Assembly (NCBI GenBank): GCA_036918135.1
Contig: JBALDB010000005.1
Location: 145,073-209,072 of the forward strand
Source: Nostoc sp.
Lineage (GTDB): Bacteria > Cyanobacteriota > Cyanobacteriia > Cyanobacteriales > Nostocaceae
Direction: 5' to 3'
DNA: 64,000 nt
Both the position numbers and the translations under genes were made by a program. This document shows positions 9,962 through 21,121 of this stretch, piece by piece (within the stretch, counting starts at the first letter, position 1; each line of letters opens with the position of its first letter). The notes beneath the pieces were generated by a model. The model was not told where the DNA came from. It made no database searches and saw nothing but the letters and a program-made list of their open reading frames with translations.

Positions 9962-10657
9962 ATGCACAAATTACTAAGCATTACTATCTTACTAAACCTA
10001 GTAATTTTTGGCTCACCTATCTTAGCACAATCACTAGTAGAAAAAAGCAAAACTAACTTACAAAATATCATAGTTTTTCAAGAGAATTTTGACCCACCTG
10101 GAGATCCAGAACCAAAAAGTGGTACTGTTGGTGCAGGTTCTCGTGACGGACAGAGATGTTCTGCAAACGAACAGCCTATTAAACCTTTAATGCCAAAGCG
10201 TAACTTTGGATTAACCTTTGAAGAACATCCTCCTGTATTTATTTATTTTCCCAAAACTTCAGCCAAAAAGGTTCTGCTGACGTTTAGAGATGAAACAGGA
10301 AACTATTATGAAAGAACTTTTTTACCTATCACTACTGGAGAAGGGATTGTTAGCTTTATCCAACCCAAAGAAAAAACGCCATTAGCTATAGGTAAAAATT
10401 ACGAATGGTCATTGGTAGTTGTCTGTGGAAAAACTGTACAACCAGACGACCCAACATTTAAAGGTTGGGTACAACGAGTTGCAAAAACGACTAAAGTCAA
10501 TCAGGAGTTAAATCAAATGACTACAATTGCTCAAGTGAATTGGTATGCACAGAGAGGATATTGGTATGAAATGGTCATGGCGCTCAAGGAAGCAAGCAAA
10601 GCTGAACCTAACAATGCCCAATTATTTAAATCCCTGATAAAAACTTATATACAATAG
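9962..10657 (+). CDS. DUF928 domain protein
   Basis: FDPPGDPEP..GAGSR..C, GLTFEEHP..FIYFP, GWVQRV, GYWYE; usual CHAT neighbour. Confidence 0.85.
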   Translation: MHKLLSITILLNLVIFGSPILAQSLVEKSKTNLQNIIVFQENFDPPGDPEPKSGTVGAGSRDGQRCSANEQPIKPLMPKRNFGLTFEEHPPVFIYFPKTSAKKVLLTFRDETGNYYERTFLPITTGEGIVSFIQPKEKTPLAIGKNYEWSLVVVCGKTVQPDDPTFKGWVQRVAKTTKVNQELNQMTTIAQVNWYAQRGYWYEMVMALKEASKAEPNNAQLFKSLIKTYIQ

Positions 10658-10706
10658 TCGTTTTTTGCTAGAGCAAACAACAAGATTTTCCAAATTTCAA
10701 CCAGAG

Positions 10707-13454
10707 TCAATTCTCGCGCCGCAATATTCTATCAATCAATTGCTGATTTTCTTTGCCTTCTGCTTGTTTGAAATATTCAATAGCAATTTTTCCAGCAGTA
10801 GGTTGCTCCTTTGCAACTGCAAGCAGTAACCTAAGAGTTTGCTGAAGTTGGATTTTCTCAAGCTGCTTAGTTGCAAATACAGGTAGGATCGAGACAGCCA
10901 TTATTAACCCCAATAATGGCGGAAAAAGGGGAATCCACCAAGCTTGTAAAAATGCCAAATAACTAAATAGGATTAATATTAGTCCGGTGCTAATGATGAC
11001 AAGCACTAATTGTCCAAGTGATTTTAATCGCCAACTAACTAATGCTCCTATCCCACACCAAAATAAAATCCATAAGCTTTCCCATGTTTCAGACCAAGTT
11101 CGGATTATTCCTTTTCCTTCTAGTGCAGCAGTTAATAATTGACTGATAATATTAGCATGAATAAATACTCCTGCCATTTGTTTTGATGACCCAAATAGCC
11201 GATTGTTATAAGGTGTTTGAAACAAGTCATTGATACTTTCGGCTGTTGCACCAATAAGAACAATACGATTTTGAATTTTTTCTTTTGGTATCCGTTCTTG
11301 CAACAAATCTATGATAGAAAAGCTTTGAAAACGTCGATCTGTACCGTAATAGTTAAGTAAAATTTGATAGCCTCCAGTATCAGCTCGGACATAGCCTCCA
11401 TCAAAAGGTTGCAAAGGAATCAATAAGGCTTTGCCCAGCTGGATATAATAGCGATTTTGAGGATGAGAATGGGGAGTAATGCCAAGAGTTTTTAAGTATT
11501 GCAATGCTAATTGTAAGCTTAAACTCTGGCGGATTTTACCTTTTGGCAATGTCTGCGACGAACGCACTGTTAATAAGGCACGACGTACCTTACCATCTCT
11601 ATCCAATACTTGGTCGCTAAAACCTACTTGACCAGATTGAGCTAATATCCTGGGCGGTGCAACCTTAGTACCTACAACTTTATCAATACCAACAAGATTG
11701 GAAGTATTTTTAAACAATTCTACTAATTCTTGATACCCTGGTTCTACTGGCAAATCTCGATATAAATCTAATCCAATTAATTTAGGTTCGTAGGTTTTTA
11801 AATTTTTGATTGCTTTAGCTAAAATACTATCAGGTATAGGGTATTGTCCTATTTGTTGCAAGTCTGGTTCATCAATTGTAATTACTACAATATGAGGTTC
11901 AATTCCTGCCTGGGTTCGTTGTTGTAAAAAGTTATCGAACAGATTCCATTCTATCCCTTGCAATAAACCTATGAAGCGCAGCAGGAGAATAAAACTAGTA
12001 ATGCCAACTGCAAAGCCAGCAATGCACGGTTTAGCAAGGCGTACATGAATAGTGTTTAATTTAGCAGTTTTTCGAGCTTCTGCCAAAATATGATTCGCTT
12101 CCTTAGCAGCAGCAAGAGCAAATTGGGCTTTTTCTAGTTTAATTTTTTCGGCATTTAAACTTATTTCAATTTCTTGATTTTCTAACTCTTGGCTGGCAGC
12201 TAAAAATCGATAATCTAGGTTAGAAAGCTTTTTCTTTTCTGACCAAGCTAGTGCTTCTTTTAATCTTATCCCTTTTAATAATTGAGATTCATCTTGCTGA
12301 CTACTAGCAACCCAAATGTTGATTCTTTGAGAATATGGACGTAGAAGTTCTAAATTTTTATTAATCCATTCTAAATTAAAGATATTTTGATAAATTTTAT
12401 TTTTAATTTTGACTTTTCCTTGAGAATTAATAATTAAACCCGATAAAAACAATTCAAACTTTTCTCTACTATCATCAATTATGACTTCTTCTCCTGCTAA
12501 AATCTGCTGATATACTCCCAACAATCTTCCTGCCGTTTGTTCATCATCTAAAATTCGCAAGCTAATAGTTTTTAAATGTTCTGGCTCATCTTGAAACTCC
12601 CAATTATTTATAATGTATGACTTGACTAAATTAGCAATAAACAATTGATACTTATTAACTGGTATCTGCTGATATTGCCATTCTTGATTTGCCACAATTT
12701 GACATAGCTTTTGAGTCAGAAAAGGTTGTCCTCCAGTCCAATCTAATATTTCTTTTAAAAGAACTTGAGTATTTGCTATTTTTCCTTCTAATCCTTTTGT
12801 TAAAACCAGAGCTTCATTTAGTTTAAAGCCTTGAAGTTCTATTGATTTACCAATATTAAAGGGTGTATGTTTTTTATCTTGAATAAAATCTGATGGTGCT
12901 GCTACTCCAAAAATAGCAAAAGTAATACGTTTATATTCAGGATTAATTGCACGTTGATTATAGCAAAACCGAATCAGTGCAAAAAAATCATCAACTGAGA
13001 AATCTAAACTGAGAATACTATCGACTTCATCAATAAAAATAACCAATTTTTTTTGAGGAAAATGAAAGCATAATAATTCTTCAATAAACCATCTTAATCT
13101 TTGGAGTAAAGATATATCTTCTTGTTCGCGCCACCAAATTTTTAAGTTGATTTTATCTAATAAATTAAAACCCAACCATAAATCACAAACTACACTTTTA
13201 TACCACTGGAGTGGGGTAATGTGTGAGGTGCCAATAATCGACATATCAATAGTACTGCATTTAAAACCTTCTTGTTCCAAACGATGTTTTGTACTTGCAA
13301 GCAGAGAGGATTTACCCATTTGCCGAGAGTTCAGTACACAGCAAAACTCTCCCTGCTTTAGAGCTTGATAAAATTGGGAGTCTGCTTGTCTTAGTACATA
13401 ACTTGGTGCATTAATTGTCAGACTACCACCAACTTGGTATTTATAATTAGTCAT
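10707..13454 (-). CDS. AAA_35 ATPase - CHASE2 membrane protein
   Basis: YQVGGSL...SRQMGKSSL, IFIDEVD, WTGGQPFLTQKLC; TM; CHASE2 (IGLDLYRD, DRDGKVRR, MAGVFIHA); three C-terminal TMs. ATG 13454 preferred to 13559. Confidence 0.85.
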   Translation of the reverse strand: MTNYKYQVGGSLTINAPSYVLRQADSQFYQALKQGEFCCVLNSRQMGKSSLLASTKHRLEQEGFKCSTIDMSIIGTSHITPLQWYKSVVCDLWLGFNLLDKINLKIWWREQEDISLLQRLRWFIEELLCFHFPQKKLVIFIDEVDSILSLDFSVDDFFALIRFCYNQRAINPEYKRITFAIFGVAAPSDFIQDKKHTPFNIGKSIELQGFKLNEALVLTKGLEGKIANTQVLLKEILDWTGGQPFLTQKLCQIVANQEWQYQQIPVNKYQLFIANLVKSYIINNWEFQDEPEHLKTISLRILDDEQTAGRLLGVYQQILAGEEVIIDDSREKFELFLSGLIINSQGKVKIKNKIYQNIFNLEWINKNLELLRPYSQRINIWVASSQQDESQLLKGIRLKEALAWSEKKKLSNLDYRFLAASQELENQEIEISLNAEKIKLEKAQFALAAAKEANHILAEARKTAKLNTIHVRLAKPCIAGFAVGITSFILLLRFIGLLQGIEWNLFDNFLQQRTQAGIEPHIVVITIDEPDLQQIGQYPIPDSILAKAIKNLKTYEPKLIGLDLYRDLPVEPGYQELVELFKNTSNLVGIDKVVGTKVAPPRILAQSGQVGFSDQVLDRDGKVRRALLTVRSSQTLPKGKIRQSLSLQLALQYLKTLGITPHSHPQNRYYIQLGKALLIPLQPFDGGYVRADTGGYQILLNYYGTDRRFQSFSIIDLLQERIPKEKIQNRIVLIGATAESINDLFQTPYNNRLFGSSKQMAGVFIHANIISQLLTAALEGKGIIRTWSETWESLWILFWCGIGALVSWRLKSLGQLVLVIISTGLILILFSYLAFLQAWWIPLFPPLLGLIMAVSILPVFATKQLEKIQLQQTLRLLLAVAKEQPTAGKIAIEYFKQAEGKENQQLIDRILRREN

Positions 13455-13829
13455 AAGTTTATAAAAGAATGTCAGTATGTCGAAAAGTTTTACGCTTGCT
13501 AAAAAAATCGCTCTGGAAAAATCCAAATTCAGATCCGAATTTGAGTCAGCCTTAGTCAATGTAACTCAACTTCATGTTATGTTATCCTCAGAAAAGGTAG
13601 TAATATTCCCTATATTTAATCACTTGCTGAGTGTTACAATATTCTTTATAAAAGATGAAGCGATCGCTCTAACTATAAAATCAATAAGGCAATAATTTTA
13701 GAGTAAATTAGCAAACAAAATAAATTCGCGTATATTTGCTCAAATTTTAGTTAAAAAAATTAATAATTTTACAACTTGCAAAAGTTAGTTTACGACTCGC
13801 TAAACTTGATTCATATCACAATTTACCCA

Positions 13830-14612
13830 CTAACTCGAAGCACTAGTATAAAACCGTAACGCAAATCGCCAAAACCAAGTAGAAACGAAAAATAGCACCA
13901 CTGCTAATACTCCTGCACCCATCAACCAAGTAATTTCACCTTGACCTAGCAGCGCTTGAGATGGAATAGTAGTTAAAAAAGCTACTGGTACTACATAAGT
14001 AAAGAAAAAGCGGTAAACAGTTGGAAAAGCTGTAATTGGATATCTTCCTGCTTCCAATAAACCACGTAGTACTTCAGTAACATTGTATATTTTAACAAAC
14101 CAGATAGTTGTAGACCCAAGTATAAACCACAAGCTGTAGAGAATCACTAAGCCAAACAACAATGGCACTACACTCAATAGATAGTTGTTTATTTCTACGC
14201 CGAGGCGTTGACCTGCATAGCCAATGATGATGCAGCCAAAGATTAAATCTGGTAGTCCCCAAGGTGAAATGGTGTGGGTGGATAGCCAAAACTGACTGCG
14301 AATAGGTTTTAATAATATAAAGTCAAGAGTGCCTTCTTGCACATGCCGGACAATGCGATTTAAGTTTGGCGCCAGAAAAGTGGCAGCAAACCCTTGTAGT
14401 AAAGTAAAAATTCCCAGAACTACTAAAGCTGCTTCCCATGACCAGCCAGCAAAAGTATAGCCGGTACGGTAAAACAAGAATAGTCCAAAGACGCTGCCCA
14501 CAAGATTCCCCATGCTCGTAAGGCTAGCTATGAGAAAGTTGATGCGATACTCAAACTCAGCTGCGATCGCTGCACTCCAAAATAGTCTTAGTACTTTCCA
14601 ATATCTTTGCAT
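13830..14612 (-). CDS. ABC-2 type transporter permease (DUF990)
   Basis: EYRINF, GTLDFILLKP, GRYP motifs; about 6 TM. Confidence 0.85.
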   Translation of the reverse strand: MQRYWKVLRLFWSAAIAAEFEYRINFLIASLTSMGNLVGSVFGLFLFYRTGYTFAGWSWEAALVVLGIFTLLQGFAATFLAPNLNRIVRHVQEGTLDFILLKPIRSQFWLSTHTISPWGLPDLIFGCIIIGYAGQRLGVEINNYLLSVVPLLFGLVILYSLWFILGSTTIWFVKIYNVTEVLRGLLEAGRYPITAFPTVYRFFFTYVVPVAFLTTIPSQALLGQGEITWLMGAGVLAVVLFFVSTWFWRFALRFYTSASS

Positions 14613-14744
14613 CTTGCACCCTTGAGCCGATTTTAACTTTAAAATAACAAAAGAACTTTATATAAATTTAATATTACTTTTTATTTAAGAAAATTATTGA
14701 ACGTTAAGATCTGGTGGATCTATTATTCAAAGCTCAGAAGTTTT

Positions 14745-15356
14745 ATGCATCTAGATTTACCACAACTGATTCAATCACTCGGCTACTTTGGGGTGTGGGC
14801 AATTGTTTTTGCTGAATCTGGCTTGTTAATTGGTTTTTTTCTGCCAGGAGATAGTTTATTATTCACTGCTGGATTTCTTGCGTCTGTTCCCAACTCACAA
14901 CTTAACATTTGGGTTCTGATTTTTGGTGCTTTCGTTTGTGCAGTCCTTGGTGATAATGTTGGCTACGCTACAGGATACAGATTCGGCAGAAGATTATTTC
15001 AGAAAGAAGATTCATGGTTGTTTCATAAAAAACACTTGGTAAAAACCCAAAATTTTTATGAGAAGCATGGCAAAAAAACGCTTGTTTTAGCACGTTTTAC
15101 ACCGATTATTCGGACTTTCGCGCCGATAGTAGCAGGAGTTGGTGCTATGCATTACCGTACATTTATGTCTTACAACTTAATTGGTGGCTTCCTTTGGACG
15201 TTCGGAATCACTCTATTAGGGTTTTTCTTAGGAAAATCCTTACCACCCGAACAGGTAGATAAGTATTTGTTACCAATTATTGGATTAATTATAGTTATTT
15301 CTTTAGCACCATCAATTATTCATATTATCCAAGAAAATAGAGTAAAAAAAGAGTGA
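14745..15356 (+). CDS. DedA family membrane protein
   Basis: FAESGLLIGFFLPGDSLL, GDNVGY, ARFTPIIRTFAP. Confidence 0.92.
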   Translation: MHLDLPQLIQSLGYFGVWAIVFAESGLLIGFFLPGDSLLFTAGFLASVPNSQLNIWVLIFGAFVCAVLGDNVGYATGYRFGRRLFQKEDSWLFHKKHLVKTQNFYEKHGKKTLVLARFTPIIRTFAPIVAGVGAMHYRTFMSYNLIGGFLWTFGITLLGFFLGKSLPPEQVDKYLLPIIGLIIVISLAPSIIHIIQENRVKKE

Positions 15357-15450
15357 AAATATCTAATAATTCAGAATTCAGAAGTTAGAAGTTAAAATTC
15401 AGGATTAAAGGATAAAGCAGCTTGAATTTTTAAACTACTTGTAATCTTCT

Positions 15451-15972
15451 ATGACTTCCTTAAACATCAACTTCTACCTATTTATAGAAAACCTGATTTT
15501 TTTTGTCATTGCCACACTTTTTATTGTGACTGTTAACTGGGGGTGGAAAAATGCAAAAACCTACACCTTGCCTTTACCATTTCCCGGTTGGTATAAAATT
15601 TGGTTTGGCTCAGTGCAAGTATTAGGAATAGTACTGCCATTAATAGTAATGTTGTTATGGGGTGTTTGGTGGAGCGATCGCACTGTTTTAACTGTGCTTG
15701 GTTGGTATTTTATCGTATTAGCGTTACAAATCATTTCTGAAACAGTCGCCCTGAGAAACTTTCAAAATGTAGTATGGGTAATGGTTCCTTATGTATATTT
15801 ACCGTACCGATTCTGGCAGTTATATGAGGGTTTAACAATTTTAGGTTCTGAAACTAAATTGCTGTGGGTGCGATATTTTTTAATTTTTCAACTGGTGCTG
15901 TGGATTGTCAATTATGCCATAGATGTATCTCAATTGCCACGGCTGTTTCGCTGGGAAGTCGAGCAGAAATAA
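15451..15972 (+). CDS. Hypothetical membrane protein
   Basis: 173-aa ORF with several hydrophobic segments. Confidence 0.7.
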   Translation: MTSLNINFYLFIENLIFFVIATLFIVTVNWGWKNAKTYTLPLPFPGWYKIWFGSVQVLGIVLPLIVMLLWGVWWSDRTVLTVLGWYFIVLALQIISETVALRNFQNVVWVMVPYVYLPYRFWQLYEGLTILGSETKLLWVRYFLIFQLVLWIVNYAIDVSQLPRLFRWEVEQK

Positions 15973-16110
15973 TTTAAATTAGGGCATGGGGATGAGGGGC
16001 AGGGGAGCAGGGAGCAGACGGAAAAGAGGTAATTTTTCATTTTCCCCTTTGCCCCCTGCCCCTCAGCCTCTTAACTATGCCCAATGCCCTATTCTTCTGG
16101 ACGTTAGAGC

Positions 16111-17847
16111 TTGAAAACGCGTTCTAATTACTGGTTACTGTTACCTTATATCCGACCCCAGTGGCGAACCATCACTAAGGGATTTATTGGTATTTTCGGA
16201 TACGTGCTGGGGACATTAGTGTTAATCAATCTTGCTGGCAAATTGGCAATTCCTTTCGCACAAGGTAATCTAGTAGCGATCGTCCAAATAACTGGAACCT
16301 GTGCCTTAATTTTTCTTGTGAGAGGTTTGTTTCAGGCTATACAAGATATGTACATGGCAAAAGCTGCTTTAAAAGTTGCTTTTTATCTGCGCCAACAAGT
16401 CTACACACATCTCCAAAAGTTAAATCTCAGTTATTTTGAAACAGCAAAAGCAGGTGATTTATCTTACCGTCTTACCGAAGATGTTGATCGAATTGGGGAA
16501 GTGGTAAATAAAATATTTCACGACTTTATCCCCTGTGTTTTGCAGTTAGTCGCAATTGCGATTTACATGATTTATTTGAATTTGCAATTGACACTAGCAA
16601 CGATGATAATTGCACCACTAATCGCTATTTTAATTGGCTGGTTTGGCGAATACTTACGCAAGCATTCTTCAAAAAATCAAAATCGGGTGTCGGGTTTATC
16701 TGCCATTTTCTTGGAAGTTTTTCAGGGTATCCGTTTGGTACAAGCTTTTGCGGCAGAAAACTACGAAATTGCCCGCTTTGGCGATGAAGCAGAACGCAAT
16801 TTAAAAGCAAAATACTCAGCAGAACGCTTAAAAGCAATTAAAAGTCCGATTGTGGGATTTTTGTCAGCCTCAAGTGTCTTATCTTTACTCATAGTGGGGG
16901 CGTGGCAAATTTCCCAAGATAATTTGACAGTAGCCAATTTTTTTAGTTATCTGGCGGCGGCGGCGCTGTTAGTTGACCCCATCAGTCACGTTACTAAAAA
17001 CTACAACGAATTTAAGCAAGGTAAAGTATCTGTTCGCAGAGTTTTTGAATTGATGGCAATTCAATCGACGGTGATTGAAAAGCCAAATGCGATCGCCCTA
17101 CCTCCAGTCAAAGGCGAAGTAGAATATCGTCATGTTTCTTTTGCCTATCAACCGGGTAAACCCGTATTAAAGGATATCAGTTTGTTGGTATCACCGGGTG
17201 AAGCGATCGCTGTTGTAGGTACTTCTGGTGCTAGTAAAACCATATTCGTGAATCTCTTACCCCGTTTCTACGACCCCAAAACTGGTCAAATCTTAATTGA
17301 TGGAGTTGATATTCGGGATGTCAAGCTACATAGTCTGCGGCGACAAATTGGCATTGTTCCCCAAGAAAGCATCATGTTTTCCGGGACAATAGCCCAAAAT
17401 ATTGCTTTCGGGCAAGACTTTTTTGATATGCAAGCAGTGACAGCAGCGGCGAAAATTGCTAATGCCCATAAATTTATTAGCAAATTGCCAGAAGGTTATC
17501 GTACTTGGGTGGGCGAACGTGGGCTAAACTTATCGCTAGGACAAAGACAAAGAATTGCGATCGCTCGTGCTGTTCTCCTCAACCCGCAAATCTTGATTCT
17601 TGATGAAGCGACATCTGCATTAGATTCCGAGTCAGAAGCATTGGTACAGGAAGCCTTAGAAAGATTAATAGAAAACCGGACAGTGTTTATTATTGCCCAT
17701 CGTTTATCAACAGTTAGAAGGTGCGATCGCATTTTAGTTCTGGAAAAAGGACAAATTGTCGAATTAGGAACCCATGAAGAATTATTAACCTTAGAAGGTC
17801 GCTATGCCCAATTTTATGTTCGGCAATTTGTAACAGAGAGGCAATAA
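16111..17847 (+). CDS. ABC exporter, fused TMD-NBD (MsbA-like), with degenerate NBD motifs
   Basis: TMD plus NBD; Walker A GTSGASKT, signature LSLGQ, Walker B ILILDEAT, H-loop IAHR. Confidence 0.88.
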   Translation: MKTRSNYWLLLPYIRPQWRTITKGFIGIFGYVLGTLVLINLAGKLAIPFAQGNLVAIVQITGTCALIFLVRGLFQAIQDMYMAKAALKVAFYLRQQVYTHLQKLNLSYFETAKAGDLSYRLTEDVDRIGEVVNKIFHDFIPCVLQLVAIAIYMIYLNLQLTLATMIIAPLIAILIGWFGEYLRKHSSKNQNRVSGLSAIFLEVFQGIRLVQAFAAENYEIARFGDEAERNLKAKYSAERLKAIKSPIVGFLSASSVLSLLIVGAWQISQDNLTVANFFSYLAAAALLVDPISHVTKNYNEFKQGKVSVRRVFELMAIQSTVIEKPNAIALPPVKGEVEYRHVSFAYQPGKPVLKDISLLVSPGEAIAVVGTSGASKTIFVNLLPRFYDPKTGQILIDGVDIRDVKLHSLRRQIGIVPQESIMFSGTIAQNIAFGQDFFDMQAVTAAAKIANAHKFISKLPEGYRTWVGERGLNLSLGQRQRIAIARAVLLNPQILILDEATSALDSESEALVQEALERLIENRTVFIIAHRLSTVRRCDRILVLEKGQIVELGTHEELLTLEGRYAQFYVRQFVTERQ

Positions 17848-17962
17848 GGGACTTCCAAGAAATAAAATCAAAAGCGAAAAATTTTAGTCTTTGACATATG
17901 GGAATCCGGTTTGATTCCTGAATTTACTTGTGTGTTTGAAAAAAGAATACGACAGATGTATG

Positions 17963-17990
17963 GTAGGGGCGAAAAGCTTTGCGCCCCTAC
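17963..17990. repeat. REP-like palindrome gtaggggcg-N10-cgcccctac
   Basis: 9-bp perfect inverted arms downstream of the ABC gene. Confidence 0.6.
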
Positions 17991-18131
17991 AGATTTTTGA
18001 TGTGTTGCAGAGAATTTTTGAGATGATATTTAGATACGTAATTTATATAACATTTTTTATCAGTATGCTATAAATATATCGTAAGTCGGTTTAATCAACT
18101 AAGTTTGTGGTTTTTTTAGTACGTAATATCT

Positions 18132-19370
18132 ATGAAAAATAACTTCACACAATATTTCTTTCTCGGCATACTATTGGCAAGTTTTATCTATTTTTTATTA
18201 ACAAAAAATATTGATTTGTTTTTAAGCTTTTTGTGGATTTTAATTTATATTTTTATCTTTTATGGATTTATTTTTATTGATATTATTATTCATGAATTTG
18301 GTCATGCGATCGCAGGTTGGATTGTCAAAATTCCCATTAAAAGAATTACTATCGGCTTCGGACAGAATATTTTGAAATATAAATTCAATGAAACAACTTT
18401 ACTAATTAACCAAGGACTACAAGGTGGTTTAACTAATCCTGGAACATTTTCTCCTAATTTCTTACGACTACGCTATTTTTTCTTTACCTTAGGGGGAGTC
18501 GCATTGCAGGTGATAGTGATGGCATTGGTAGTAATTATTATTTCAGCGATAAAAAGTATTTATCCGCTAGCTTTCAACAATGCTTCTCTATTTTTGACAA
18601 TAGTTAATATTTTCTTATTTTCTAATTTTATTTTGATTTTTTTTAACCTGTTGCCTTTTAAGGTAAATGTGATGGGAGTTCCCATGCCTAACGATGGCTT
18701 ACAGCTTCTAACCATATTTTTCATGAATCAACAGAAAATACAAGAAATTTTATTGTCAGGCAAGATGATAGAAGGAATGGAATATTTAGAAAAAAAGGAG
18801 TTTCAAAAAGCAGAATTAATTTTCCGTGAATGTATTGCTAATCATTTGACATCTTTAATCCCTAAAATAAATCTTTCTGTGGCGCTAATTCATCAACAAA
18901 AAATTGATGAGGCAATCACATTACTATCCAAACTTTTTACAGAATCAAACAAAAATCCAATGCAATTATTTATTTTTAATAACTTAGCTTGGAGTTATTT
19001 AATTAAAGGATTGAATCAGCGAGAGTTTCTTGATTTAGCTGATGATTACTCTGCAAAAGCGATTAAGATTAGCAATCAACATCTTTATATTGTTGGTACA
19101 AGAGCTTGTGTATTAATTGAAATTGGAAAAATTGATGAAGGAATTAACCTTTTAAAAAACCGAATTAGTCTTAATAAAGCCATTAACGAAGCTACAAACC
19201 CGGCAATTGGCTTTCTATATTTAGCCTATGCTTATTATCTTAAAGATAATCGAAAAGAATATCAAAAATATTGGCAAAAAATCAACAATAATGAAGATTT
19301 AAAATCTAGTGAATATAAGCTGTTATTCGACTATGTTTTAGACAAAACGAATTTCTTTACAACACGATAA
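18132..19370 (+). CDS. M50 (site-2) metallopeptidase with C-terminal TPRs
   Basis: HEFGH in a TM segment, NLLP...NDG motif, TPR-like helices (NNLAW). Confidence 0.82.
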   Translation: MKNNFTQYFFLGILLASFIYFLLTKNIDLFLSFLWILIYIFIFYGFIFIDIIIHEFGHAIAGWIVKIPIKRITIGFGQNILKYKFNETTLLINQGLQGGLTNPGTFSPNFLRLRYFFFTLGGVALQVIVMALVVIIISAIKSIYPLAFNNASLFLTIVNIFLFSNFILIFFNLLPFKVNVMGVPMPNDGLQLLTIFFMNQQKIQEILLSGKMIEGMEYLEKKEFQKAELIFRECIANHLTSLIPKINLSVALIHQQKIDEAITLLSKLFTESNKNPMQLFIFNNLAWSYLIKGLNQREFLDLADDYSAKAIKISNQHLYIVGTRACVLIEIGKIDEGINLLKNRISLNKAINEATNPAIGFLYLAYAYYLKDNRKEYQKYWQKINNNEDLKSSEYKLLFDYVLDKTNFFTTR

Positions 19371-19577
19371 TTTCTTTTTCTCTCCTATCCTTTGTGTTGA
19401 AAAAATCTAATATTACGTGAGGTTTGTCAAACTCACCTTAATATTTGGCCCATTTTCATCAAGAAACGGTATAACAATTAAGTTAGCGCAGCAGAGCATA
19501 CTCTACGAACAAGCAAGCTACGCGATAGCGTCTCGTAGAGAAGCTGATTGTGAATTATCTATTACTAATTATTTTAA

Positions 19578-21035
19578 CTATTGCCGAGATTGAATTTGCT
19601 GTAGTAAATCATAAAAAGGTTGCCAATTATCTTCTTGAACGATTGGTTCCCAAATTGATTCAATTACAGGTCTTAATAATGCTGTTTTCGGATTATGAAA
19701 AGCTAGAGTTTGGGCGATTGTATCTAGGCGATCGCTATCTAAATCATTCAATATTTTATGGTACAATATACACCAATCATCAAAAATTACTGATGCCCCC
19801 GGTACTGGTACAATATCAGAAGTATTCATCACAAAACCTGGCTCATCTCGCCATTTAGTTGAAAAGGTGCGAGCCATCTCATAAAAAAATTCATGATAAC
19901 CAACTTTGCTATTGCTCAAAAATTCAATTGTTAAATTTAAGAGTTCGTTAGTCTGTGGATGTATCAACTCTCCAAAACCTAACTTTTTCAACATTAAAGA
20001 ACTGTATTCTGCTTGATAATATTCATAAAACTTTGTTAATCCAAACTTCAAATCATCTTCAGCAATAATCGCCTTCAAAGGTTCCTGAAGCATTTCTAAA
20101 TTTAATTGGCAAACGCTTGGTTGATGAATGTAACAATAGCGTCCAAAATAATCAAAGTATGCAGCTATAAAGGATGGGTTATAATTAGGAATAAACGCAT
20201 AAGGCCCATAATCAAAACTCTCTCCTGTAATCGACATATTATCAGTATTGAGAACTGCATGACAAAAACCAGCAGCCATCCACTGGGCTGCTAATTCTGC
20301 AACCCGTTTCACTAATTGGGCGTAAAACAAAGCATATTTATTTTGTTCGGCGTCCAAATCTTGATAATATTCCTTGATTACGTGGTCTAACAACTTCTGA
20401 GTTAAATCTGGACGCTTTAAATAGTGTAAACGCTCAAAAGTACCGAAACGAATATGAGAATTGCTCATCCTGACCATTACACATGAACGGGTAGGTGAAG
20501 GTTCATCCCCCCGCCACAACGATAAGCCGTTTTCAATCATAGTCAGACAGCGCGAGGTACGTACACCAAGATAATGTAGTGCTTCCGCAGCCAGAACTTC
20601 CCGCACTCCACCTTTAAGCGTCAGCAAACCGTCGCCACCACGGGAATAGGGCGTTCTGCCAGAACCTTTAGTGCCAAAATCGTATAATTTGCCATCAGTA
20701 CCCCGTACCTGCCCGTAAAGAAAGCCTCTGCCATCGCCCAATTGTCGATTATATTCGCCAAATTGATAGCCGTGGTAACGCATTGCCAAAAAGGGTTTGC
20801 GCCCCTCAAATTTGCCGAAAGCTGTGATGAAATCTTCATCTAGGACTACTTGGGGGTCAAGCCCTAAGCGCGGTAATAGCGCATCATTACGCCAACGCAA
20901 TATGTGTTGAGGAAATTCCCCTGCTGCAACCTCATCATAGTAGTCATCGCCCAGAGATTCCAAGGCGCTTTCGTAGTTGAGGGAGAGAAAAGGATTGCTA
21001 GAATTTTGGGAGTTTGGAGTTTGGGCCAGAGTCAT
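19578..21035 (-). CDS. selO: SelO/YdiU family protein adenylyltransferase
   Basis: [51 protein letters not shown]. Confidence 0.92.
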   Translation of the reverse strand: MTLAQTPNSQNSSNPFLSLNYESALESLGDDYYDEVAAGEFPQHILRWRNDALLPRLGLDPQVVLDEDFITAFGKFEGRKPFLAMRYHGYQFGEYNRQLGDGRGFLYGQVRGTDGKLYDFGTKGSGRTPYSRGGDGLLTLKGGVREVLAAEALHYLGVRTSRCLTMIENGLSLWRGDEPSPTRSCVMVRMSNSHIRFGTFERLHYLKRPDLTQKLLDHVIKEYYQDLDAEQNKYALFYAQLVKRVAELAAQWMAAGFCHAVLNTDNMSITGESFDYGPYAFIPNYNPSFIAAYFDYFGRYCYIHQPSVCQLNLEMLQEPLKAIIAEDDLKFGLTKFYEYYQAEYSSLMLKKLGFGELIHPQTNELLNLTIEFLSNSKVGYHEFFYEMARTFSTKWRDEPGFVMNTSDIVPVPGASVIFDDWCILYHKILNDLDSDRLDTIAQTLAFHNPKTALLRPVIESIWEPIVQEDNWQPFYDLLQQIQSRQ

Positions 21036-21121
21036 TACAAGCAAAACTTAATTCATTCTTTCCCTTAATACTACCTCTGGCTTGAACATCAGCATCGACA
21101 TCTTCTCAATTACGAATTATT

